DNA of 64,000 nt. Origin: Chrysemys picta bellii. Its lineage: Eukaryota. Under the pieces are notes generated by a model, which saw only the letters and a program-made list of their open reading frames with translations, was not told the DNA's origin and ran no database searches. The position numbers and the translations under genes were made by a program. Positions 47,899 through 58,302 of the stretch are shown here, piece after piece; the stretch's first letter is position 1, and every line of letters starts with the position of its first letter. The stretch lies in assembly GCF_011386835.1 (NCBI RefSeq), contig NC_088791.1:123256001-123320000 (forward strand). The letters are read 5' to 3'.

Positions 47899-48381
47899 GG
47901 GGGGAGGGATAGCTCAGTGGTTTGAGCATTGGCCTGCTAAACCCAGGGTTGTGAGTTCAATCCTTAAGGGGGCCATTTAAGGATCTGGGGCAAAAATCTG
48001 TGTGGGGATTGGCCCTGCTTTGAGCAGGGGGTTGAACTAGATCAGGGGTCGGTAAGCACCCTGGCAGGCCAGGCCAGGCCAGTTTGTTTACCTGCCGTGT
48101 CCACAGGTTCGGCCGATCACGGCTCCCACTGGCCACGGTTCGCTGCTCCAGGCCAATGGGGGCGGCGGGAAGCGGTGCGGGCTGAGGGATGTGTTGGCTG
48201 CGACTTCCCGCGGCGAACCGTGGCCAGTAGGAGCCGTGATCCGCCGAACTTGTGGACACGGCAGATAAACAAACTGGCCCGGCCCGCTAGGGTGCTTACC
48301 CTGGCGAGCAGTGTGCAGGAGGTTGCCGACCCCTGGACTAAATGACCTCCTAAAGTCTGTTCCACCCCTGACATTCTATGA
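47899..48381 (+). mobile_element. Turtle tRNA-derived SINE split by a hAT MITE
   Basis: Same head and CR1-type tail as the 22888 copy, interrupted at GACTAGAT. Confidence 0.88.
48043..48335. mobile_element. hAT MITE with a long internal inverted repeat
   Basis: TIRs CAGGGGTCGG / CCGACCCCTG. 8-bp TSD AACTAGAT / GACTAAAT, each one change from the SINE sequence GACTAGAT. Confidence 0.88.
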
Positions 48382-49089
48382 ATTGTAGGTGGCTTAAAAG
48401 TGGTTTGTATAATTGTTAGATGATCTCACACATATAGTAAAAGCGATGACTTTACCGATAGTCCCTAAAGGAGGGGAATTGTGATTGTTCTTCCTGTTTG
48501 GCTCCTTCAGAATCTGTGTGCTGCTGCTGAGTTTGTGAATATTTGCTGCTCTGAATAAAGCCTGAATTGAAATCCAAATGCTGCGAGCATGCTTCATAAT
48601 TACGAGGGAACCAAACTCCGGGGATGTTTGTGTGCAGGAGATTAAGGGAATGCAGAGCTGGAGGAAGTTGTTCTTGTTTCCCTTACCGCTCTGGTTTAGG
48701 CAACTTTCTGCAGGGTGCCACAAGTTGCTGGGGTCTAGTTGGGTACCACTATGTGTTGCAAGAAGTAGATCTTTGGGGGAAGGCGTGTGTTGGGGGCGGG
48801 GGAGAGGAGTTGCAAAGACGTCGATCTTTGATGGGTGAGGGAGAAGAGTGTGGCAAGAAGTTGAACTTTGGTGATTTGGGGGAAACTCTGTATGTGATTT
48901 CGAGCTTGTACCAGTTCTAAACAATCTGCGTAGGAAACATCGCAAAGAGAGAGACGGTGTTGCAGCACTGGTATTGCTTTTTAGTGTATCCCAAGCTGGG
49001 TTTGTTTACACCTTCCTTTTGGGATCTGAGGTTAAGTAATAATAATAAACAATAGCTCTAATGAATAAAGTGCCCAACTTTTGCTTTCA

Positions 49090-49480
49090 CAGAGCTTCAT
49101 GAAATCACCGCCTCCCCTGCCAAGAGACACGGGGGAAATCGCATCCCCCCCCCCCCCCCAAAAAAAAAACCCACCCTTATTTCCAGCAGGACTCTCGCTC
49201 CAACCCTGGAATGCATAAAATGATCTGACTTGTTCTGAGTGACTGTTCCCGGCCCCAATCAGCTGGCGCGTGTGGGCTGCCGTTCCAGCCCCTCCCCGGC
49301 TCTCTGTGGCCCTTCCCCGCGGGGAGGGAGGTCTCTGGAACTGGAGTGACGTAAGCTCCCAGCTCAGTCCCTGCTTGGATTCCCCTGACATGGTGTGAGA
49401 GGCGGAGAGCGAGCCCAGGACGGGAAGAGGGGCGATCGATGGTTTACGAGGCTGCCTAGGGAGAAAGAGCCGCTCTCAGC
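49090..49480 (+). promoter_or_regulatory. CpG-rich promoter, probably of PPFIBP1
   Basis: The only non-repeat CpG-rich island in the window. CCAAT at 49255, GC-box-like tracts and CRE-like TGACGTAA at 49347-49354. The gene identity rests on recalled ARNTL2-SMCO2-PPFIBP1 synteny only. Confidence 0.7.
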
Positions 49481-49535
49481 CTGGGAGAAGGTGTAGCTGA
49501 ACTTTGAGGAAGGGACTTGGCTGTTTTCCACCCAG
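49390..49535 (+). other. PPFIBP1: Non-coding first exon (probable PPFIBP1 5' UTR); start approximate
   Basis: Perfect donor CAG|GTAAGT at 49535/49536 at the downstream edge of the CpG island. No PPFIBP1 coding exon seen in the window. Confidence 0.55.
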
Positions 49536-51713
49536 GTAAGTGGGTCTGATTGCACTTCGGTGGAAGTCAGGGAAAGAGGGTGGTATTGCAACACCGTGCT
49601 GTCTGCAGCTGCTGTTCACGGGGCTCAGCTTCCCTCTGCAGCTCCTGCTCCTCCTTCCAAAACAAAACCAGTCACTTTTCCTTCTCTCTTGGCCTTTGGG
49701 TTTCCTTATTTTAACTCACTTTAAGCGCACGGCTGTTCAGTAACGGATCGTGCAAAGCTACCAGTGAAGGGGTGGTGAGAAAGTACCTAATTCAGTCTGT
49801 TTTATAACATTACGGTGTTTGTGTTTAATGGGACTGTTTCTGTGGAAGGTTTGTTTGCAGTAGTTGGAAGGATTTGGTGGGGTGGGGTGTGGGGGGGTAA
49901 CAGAGTCTGAAGGAAAATGCAGGGAGCTTGCAGCCAGAAAAACAGGAGATGGTGTGTGAGAGAGAGTGTGTGTGCTTTGTAGTACATTTCAAATCTGGTG
50001 TTTGTAAGGATCTGTGTGTGTTTTAAATTGTTTCTCTCTCTGGAGAAATGGGGGAGGGAGGATTTCTTGAAAAAGAAAACCTGTTGCCTTCAGGTGCCAT
50101 GAGTTTCTGGCTTCAGGCTCACACCATATTATGTGGAAAAGAGAACAGGAAGCATTGGTTGGTTATAATGCTGTCTCAAATAACATACTTAATTTGTTGC
50201 AATTTAGTGACTGAGACTCTGGTTCTCAATGAAATCATCTAATAGAAATAAAGTGTATTAGCATTGTGGGGTCTATCATCCCCCCCAAAAAAAGACTGCA
50301 GGTGATTTTTATGTAATTAAAAATCTGCACTCAATAAGTTATTTGCATTCTGTGGGAGGCTGTGTGAAATTCAGCTACATGTGTTAATTGCAAACCTGTC
50401 TCTAAAATCTAATGGAAAGCAGCCTCTTGGGGAAACATTTCAGTTGAATAGCACAGATATTCCTGCTCATCTCAGCCACTTCTCACCCTCCTCCCCTTAA
50501 TTTTAACACAGGAACATTTTCTGTTGCTTTTAAAGTTCTGCTCTGCCTGGAAAATGAAGGGCTCATGTGAACATAGATGTCTTTATTTCCCTTCTTGCCT
50601 GTGAAACTGGAGGCCACAATAAAGTGAGGAGACTGTCTGGGTATTGCTTATTCATTGCAGCAAGACAAATCCACCTTTTGACTACTAAAATATGGTAAAG
50701 GTTGAGCTACCTGTGTCAGGTTGGTAGGTAATAAACTGTTCAAAATTTTTAAAAGCTACACCTTCCTGTGTTACTTCTACTTTGACGTTTATTTTAGAGA
50801 TTGTATGGCCACTCGATGCGGGGAGGGAATAGCTTTCTCCCATCAACAGGCATTGTCTGTTTCTGGATCTTTAGCCAGGGTTTAACTGAAAGAGTCTAGG
50901 GTGATGAGTCATGTTTCCAATTCCAGTTTGCTTTCCTTAGTCCAAAGGAAACTAACCCCCTTTCCTCTCCACCTTGTGTCATCTCCACAAGGCAATGGGA
51001 GTCAGTTTCACTGTGAATAAACGGCTAGCTGACACTCAGACTCATGGCACTAGACTGGTGTATATCGAATGGTGGCATTGCCAGCCCCGCCGATGGGAAT
51101 GAAAACTAGATGTGATTTGTGCTCCTCATCGGGGAATGTCTGTATTGGGAAAGTAAACAGGTGATGACAAAATTTAGACTACTGGACTCTTTGCTAACTG
51201 GCCACTTAATAGGCTTGAAAAATGAAGTTGATTAGAAGGGCTAAATTTAAACATGCCATACTTCTGTTACTGCAAAATACAGTGCATTATAGCAGGAGGG
51301 TTGAGGTTGAATCTGTGTTTGGGTTACCATACTGTGGGCACCAGAGTGTATTCTAGACAGTCACTAGCTACAAGCCATGGAGAGAGACCGCTTTTAGGAA
51401 AGTGGTGAGGAAAAGGTGTGCTTAGGTTTAAGCTCTAACAATTCCGGGATTTAGTAGGACTCTTCCAAATACAACCACTAAAATGCTAGGTGCACCTTGA
51501 ATTAGCAATGTTTCCCTCTCCAGGGCCCGGTCTACGCACAGTTCTTGTAGAACTATTTTGGTTAAGCTTTTTTGCTAGAATATTTATACCAGAACAACCC
51601 CTGGCGTGGATGAAGCTATTCCAGTATAAAGATGCCTCTAACTGGTATAGCTTATTTACCTTCCCTTATGGCAATAGTTATGCTGGTGTAACTGTATCCA
51701 CTCAAGGGGGATT

Positions 51714-51893
51714 TCAGAGTAGCAGCCGTGTTAGTCTGTATCCGCAAAAAGAACAGGAGTACTTGTGGCATCTTAGAGACTAACAAATTTATTAGAGCAT
51801 AAGCATCCGAAGAAGTGGGCTGTAGTCCACGAAAGCTTATGCTCTAATAAATTTGTTAGTCTCTAAGGTGCCACAAGTACTCCTGTTCTTTTT
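51714..51893. mobile_element. Penelope-type palindromic short insertion
   Basis: About 59-bp inverted arms with 1 mismatch. Perfect 12-bp TSD TCAAGGGGGATT at 51702-51713 and 51894-51905. Confidence 0.85.
51803..51842 (+). ncRNA. Minimal type I hammerhead ribozyme-like motif
   Basis: GCAT-CCGAAGA-A-GTGGGCT-GT-AGTCCAC-GAAA-GCTT-ATGC: stem I, a core variant of CUGANGA, stem II, GAAA, and palindromic AAGCTT in place of stem III. Confidence 0.55.
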
Positions 51894-54800
51894 TCAAGGG
51901 GGATTGTAACCCTTTGACTCTTAAACATAGATGCTTGTCTATGCACAAGAGTTGTATTGCTTGAACTATACCTATATAGATAACGTTCAGTTATTTTCGG
52001 AGCTTTCAAAGGCTTTGCTGGTTTGGTTTGGTTTGACCCCAGACAGGATTTCAGTAGTAAAATGTGTAAGTGGCTTGTTGGAGAGACAAAGGGGGTGAGT
52101 TAATATCTTTTATTGGGTCAACTTCTGTTGGTGAGTTGGTGCAATAAAAGATATTACCTCACCCACTTTGTCCCTCTGATATCCTGGGTCCCACACGGCT
52201 ACAACTACACTGCATAAGTCATTCCTTGTGGCACATACTGAAATGGCAGCAGAGCTGAGCAAAACAAATATCTGCATTCCTCAAACTGAGTCCTCGAAGG
52301 GAAAATGTTCTTCATGCTTGTGTGATCAAATATCTGACAATAAAATGTCTTGGTGTGTCAAATCCAGATTTATTGCTTCTATTAAAGGCAAGAGTCAGAG
52401 TTTAAGAATTTACATTCCTGAAGAGCAAGTGTGACTTCTAATTGTTGGTAACATCGTAAGTGTAGATTTCAATAAAATCAGTAGCAAGGTAATCAGTGAG
52501 GCAGTGTTATAGCACTGCGTTAGGAACCAGGAGACCTGGGTTCTGTTCTTTGCTCTGATGCTGACTTGATGTATCAAGTCTTCTAAGCTCTGAGTGCCTC
52601 ACTTTCCTCATGTCTGGACTGGGGATAATAATATCTACCTTGCAGAGATGTTGGGAGGCTTAGTCCATTAATGATGGTATCGTGCTTTAAGATCCTCTCC
52701 TGGAAACTGCTACAGAAGTGATATGTACTGCAAAGTGATGCTGATATGATAGCAAATATGTATTCTACTGTTCACTGATTAAGATTGGTGTTATCGGTCC
52801 TGGAATACGAAGTTTGTTACTTTTCTCCTCAAAGTCAATGGGAGTTACATGTGTTTATCTTGGAGCAGAGCTTGGCCTGGAGGGTGGCGATTCTCTAGTT
52901 TCAGTGGCGTCACGTCAGTTTTTGAAGCATGCTTCCTTTGAGCAAGGCACTGTTACGCTTAGCATCCATTAACCCTCTTACATGAATGACACGGATGGCC
53001 TGAGCCAGTGTTCAAATCCAGTGTATTCATAGCTGGATTTTTGGTTTGGTCCCATTTCTAGTTAGTGTTGCATTTAACTGCTGACTGAAGGATATTTAAG
53101 TGGGTCCATCCTGCCCACTGGTATTAAAAAAGAAATCCACATTCCTTTATTTAAAGTTCTGTGTGTTGTAGTAAGTCTGGTCAGTAATATAACTAGTTTA
53201 CTGAATACCTGTGAAATTTAGGGGACGTACAGAGACAATTTATGCTCTATAAACAACTTGAAGTCAGTTACATGAGGTGTAAGTCAGCACTGAATTTGGT
53301 CCATTCTGCTACCTGGGCTGTCCTCTGCTCTGTGCCACAGGGGTATGGGGTGTTGGTAAGACTCCTTCCTTCCCAGCTCCACCCACCACCCCCATTCACT
53401 ATTACCACTAAACTGCTCTGTAGCCCAAACGCATACCTCCCACTGGGAAGGATCTACATGGCAGAAGGTCTTTGGGATTCACATCTTCCATAGCGCATCC
53501 TGCCTGCACACTCAACCATTCCCTGCAGAGCTCAGCTTTATGCAAGGGGTCCATACCCCGCATGGCCCCTTGAGGCCCTGCTTCCCTCACCTGGTGCAGG
53601 GGAAATGCCTAAGTTCTACTACCAAGGGAAGCCTCTCCAACCACAGATTTTGCCCTTGATGTACACACCTGTTCCCTCCAAATTCTTGATCAAGACTCTC
53701 TCTCCCCCCCGCCCCGAGAATCCACCCTAGAGTTTACATAGAGCCCTTAGACGGTGAGCTGTTTGCAGAAGGGATTTTATCTCCTTATGTGTTTGTACAA
53801 TGCCTAGAAAGGGATCTGGTTGGGAGAGGGGCATTTAGCTGCTACCACAGTAGAAATAGTTGTAGTCCAGTGCATGTTGGGACAGGAGAGAGGAGATAAT
53901 GGAGTGCCATGTGAAGACTCCTGCAGTTCAGATATGGTCAGCAAAGCTTCCAGGTATGTACCTTGCTTTTGTCTCCATGGCTCTGTACCACTTGCAGAGC
54001 TGTCATCATGGAGATATGCATGTCAGCAGGACAGTGTACCCGAGACAGCCGCTTCTGTTGTTGAACTCATTATTTTCAGTCTTCAAAGAGAAATTCAAAC
54101 TCTTCTGCAGCTGTAAAGCTACACAATTACTGTGTGACCTATTTCTAGCTTGCATGTTAAAAATCTGAATATGGAGAAGTTATTAAATATTCTAAGCTGA
54201 TAAATTCTGACTGACTTTTTTGGAGGCCAGATTTACTGTATATTTCTGTGGTGAGGTTAATCTCAAATAGAGACCTGATGATGAGGATGATGTCCCCTAG
54301 CTCGCATATAAGCTCTTTTCAACCCTAAATCTCTTTAAGTGCCCTACAAAGGGGATCCGAATCACTATCCACACTTTTGAGATGGGGAAACTGTAGCCTA
54401 ATAAAAAGAATTAACTCCAAACACCCTGGAATCTTTGCATATGTACAGTTAACAGTGACCTCCCCTAATAGCGGTTGCTCACTCTTACCAATCATTCATA
54501 GGTAGCGCGTGAGTCCTCTGTTTGGGGAGGCTCACACATGAGCGCTGGAAGCAACTGAGAAGTGGGGAGGAGCCACTGGTGCCTGGACTGTGGCCTTGCC
54601 CCCACTTTATCTCTTCCCCCTGAGGCCCCACCTGCTCACTTCTCTCCACCCCCTCCTCCAAGGACTTCCCACCCGCTGCTCGCTCCTATCTGCCTCCTTC
54701 CTGGAACAGGAGGGGCCACGGCCTCATCACTTTTTCCCGCCTTAGGTGAGCAAAGTGGGAGGAGGGGCTGGAGAGGAGTAAGCGGCGGGTGACGGGAGGC

Positions 54801-55058
54801 CTCAGGGGAAGAGGTGGAGTTGGGGCAGGAAGAGGCAGAGTGGGGGTGTTGTGGAGCATGGGCGGGCACATAGTCCAGGCGCCAGTGCTGGTTCTCCCCC
54901 TTCCCCCACACCTATGGAATTTTGCTTCTGGCGCTCCAAAGGTGGTGGCGGGCCGCCCGTGCAGTCATTTCATTAGTAAACTTTGCTCTGGCTCTGGGAC
55001 CTAATCTTGACATGCCTTAGCAAGAGACAGTCTCTTCCCTAAGGAGCTTACAGTCTAG

Positions 55059-55182
55059 TAGGGTGACCAGACAGCAAGTGTGAAAAATCGGGACAGAGGG
55101 TGGGGGGCAGTAGGCGTCTACATAAGAAAATGCCTCAAATATCGGGACTGTCCCTATAAAATTGGGACATCTGGTCACCCTG
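55059..55182. mobile_element. hAT MITE (124 bp)
   Basis: TIRs TAGGGTGACCAGA / TCTGGTCACCCTG. Perfect 8-bp TSD CAGTCTAG. Confidence 0.92.
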
Positions 55183-57252
55183 CAGTCTAGGGGGAAGATA
55201 TTCAAAGGCACAAAGGGGAGTTAGATGCCCAACTAAGTGTATGCCCACACTGTAATCACAGGGTATGCCTGCAGTTTCTGTAGACATACCTGAGCGAACT
55301 TTGATCTAGCTAGCTCAGGTACTGGAGCAGTGAAGCCTTGGCAGCATAGGCTTCAGCGCAGGCTAGACAGCTGAGTAATTACTCGGAGTTCTGGATGGCC
55401 TTGTATAGCCCATGCTGCTGCAGCTTCACTTCTCCAGTAGGCAGAGCAAAGCTAGTTAGATATGTGTACATGAGCTGCAATGACTCCCCCTTAGAAAGTG
55501 TCATCCCACCCTTTCCTCATAATCTTTTTAATAGAACTGGTCAATAATTATATTGCAACATCATTTAAAAATAAAAAAAATACTGAGCCTGATTCTCCTC
55601 CCACACCAGTTTTATACCTAACTCTGACTTCTGTGAGACCCAGGAATAACTCCACTGCTGTGAGAGGTGAATTGGGCCCCGCTCAGTTTTGAGATGAGTA
55701 TCCAGTACTCTTGTATTAGGTAGGTGATCCGAAAACTGTGAAGAAACTGCTTAGAGCTATGTAAAGACAGTTTCAGAAATCAAGATAATATATAGCAAGT
55801 TTATCTTCAACATGCTTTACGAATGCTAATCTTCACAGCACCCTGTGAGAGAGGGTGAGTATTGTCCCTAAGAGGTATTTGTCTTGCCCAAGGTTTTGAA
55901 GGAGTGGGTATCAAATCTAGAATTAGAACTCAGTCCTCTTCTTGGAGCATTAAACTGTTTCTGTAGCCAATAGGTTACCTGGAAATATGAATGCTTCACT
56001 GTTGGGTAGGGGGGTGCACAGGAATTTAAATCTGACTGCTTTTGGAGGGGCATGTTAGAGCAGCAGCTGAGGGCCGGAGCAGCAGCTGGGGATGGGACCA
56101 GGGCTGGCACAGAAAAAAATATATTTTTAGACAAATATTGGGGATGGGGGGCTTGCTCCCCCCTTGTGCATGCTCCTGTTGTTGGGTTACATATCTATTA
56201 CATATTTCGCTTCACAGTTGTTGTACAGCCAAGGCTTCAAATGATGATTACATCAAGTGAGGAAAACAATGGCTATATCAGTGGGATACTGTGTTTTCAG
56301 ATCTTTCCTGTGGAGGTTGGCCTTGTTTATTTGTTTTTAAACAAAATATCCAGCCAGGGGATTAACTGTGAACATTTTCCAGGGTGCTGTGATTTATGCA
56401 GTCACTTTTCTGACTGAACAAGATGACTTGTAGTTTTGATTCAGATCAAACTAAGGATAGTGGCTCTCTCTGCTATTTTTCTAATTGTAGGGAACAAACT
56501 GTTCATTACCAGTATGGGGTTTATTATTTTTACTAAGGGTTGGAATTTTCTGTTAATAATCAGTCATCAGACTGGATTTGCAAACTCTTACCTGTGATGT
56601 GTGTTGTCCTTCCTATGAACTTATATGGTTTCCCCACGTTTGTTGCTTTTATTCCTTTCTATCTTTGTTGTGGACTGGAAAAATATGGTGGATAAAAGCT
56701 TGATTTTTGCAATGAATGTGTGCCTGGTTTTGTCAAAAGCCCAAACTAAACCAACCATGTAATAGAGCTGATTGTGCTGCATGGAAATGTTTAAATAACA
56801 CACATTGCAGCCATGGCCTTTCTTAGGCCTCAGTCGTTCCCTCCTGCGTGGAAATAATTTGTGAGGGAAGGGGACAAGGTTGTGAAAACTTGGGTAAGGT
56901 TTGGCAAGGCTGGAGACCAAGCCCTTGATTAGCTGTGGAACTGTGAGAAATCGGGACTCAAACACCATGGATCCCACATCAAGATGTGCTGCTCCTCCAC
57001 ATTTCTCTCGTGGTGGAAAGAGTACTTCTGCAACTGAAGCAGCACTGCCTTGTGTGCCAGGCTCCAGTTAAACCCAGTGTTTCCTCTGAATGTGGAGGGA
57101 GTAACACTGCTTTAGTACTCCCTCAGCTTTAGGCAGAAATGGTCCTATCTAGGCAGGATATGCTGCATAGCGGCTGTTCCTCTCCTCCACTCCTGGCCTG
57201 CTCCACCTCTTCACCCCGCAAGCATTTTAATAGGGTGAATGTAAATGTATAC

Positions 57253-57563
57253 CAGGGGTCGGCAACCTTTCAGAAGGGGTGTGCCGAGTCTTCATTAATT
57301 CACTCTAATTTAAGGTTTCGCGTGCCAGTAATACATTTTAACGTTTTTGGAAGGTCTCTTTCTAGAAGTCTATAATATATAACTAAACTATTGTTGTATG
57401 TAAAGTAAATAAGGTTTTTAAAATGTTTAAGAAGCTTCATTTAAAATTAAATTAAAATGCAGAGCCCCCCGGACCGGTGGCCAGGACCCAGGCAGTGAGA
57501 GTGCCACTGAAAATCAGCTCACGTGCCGCCTTTGGCACGCGTGCCATAGGTTGCCTACTGCTG
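57253..57563. mobile_element. hAT MITE
   Basis: TIRs CAGGGGTCGGCAACC / GGTTGCCTACTGCTG. 8-bp flanks ATGTATAC / ATAAATAC (6/8 match). Confidence 0.78.
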
Positions 57564-57607
57564 ATAAATACTCTAGGAATGAAGAATGTAGGCCATGCTT
57601 ATGTGAT

Positions 57608-58302
57608 GGGGGACTATCCTGTGAAGCAGTAACTGAAAAAGACTTGTGGTTTGTGGTGGATAATCCAGCTGAATGTGAGCTCCCAGTGCAATGCTGTGGT
57701 GAAGAAAGCTAATGCAGTCTTTGGATGTATAAACAAGGGAATCTCAAGTAGGCATAGAGAGGTTGTTTTACCTCTGTATTTGGCACTGGTGTGTGACCAC
57801 TGCTGGAATAGTGTGTCCAGTTCTGGTGTCCACAATTCAAGAAGGATGTTGATAAATTGGAGAAGGTTCAGAGAAGAGCTGCAAGTATGATTAATGGCTT
57901 TGAAAATCTGCCTTCCCGTGATTGACTTAAGGAGCTTCATTGATTTATCTTAACAAAGAGAAGGTTAAGGGGCAACTTGATTACAATCAGTAAGTACCTA
58001 CACGGGGAATAAATATTTAATGATTGGCTATATAATCTAGCAGAGAAAGGTAGAATATCATCCAAAGGCTGGAAATTGAAGGTAGACATTTTCAGACTGA
58101 AAATCAGGTGTAAAAATTTAATGGTGAGAGTAATTGACCATTGAAATAACTTACCAGTGGTGGATTCTCCATCACTGACCATTTTTAAATCATACCTAGA
58201 TGTTTTTCTGAAAAATCTGCTCTAGGAATTATTTGGGGGGAATTTCTATGGCATATGTTAGACTAGAGGATCATTATTGTCCTTCTTGGCCTTGGAATCT
58301 GT
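57608..58302 (+). mobile_element. CR1 LINE 3' fragment
   Basis: Translation QLNVSSQCNAVVKKANAVFGCINKGISSRHREVVLPLYLALV, which is typical of CR1 ORF2, followed by the CR1 tail. Confidence 0.9.

Noticed and set aside
48394-48945. 183-aa minus-strand ORF divergent from the CpG promoter
   Set aside because: Starts at TTG, the first ATG is about 115 codons in, and there is no recognisable domain. At best it is upstream antisense non-coding transcription.
56042-56417. MLEQQLRAGAAAG ORF as the PPFIBP1 start exon
   Set aside because: It does not match the recalled PPFIBP1 N-terminus (MMSDASDMLAAALEQMDGIIA) and overlaps a GC-rich repeat fragment.
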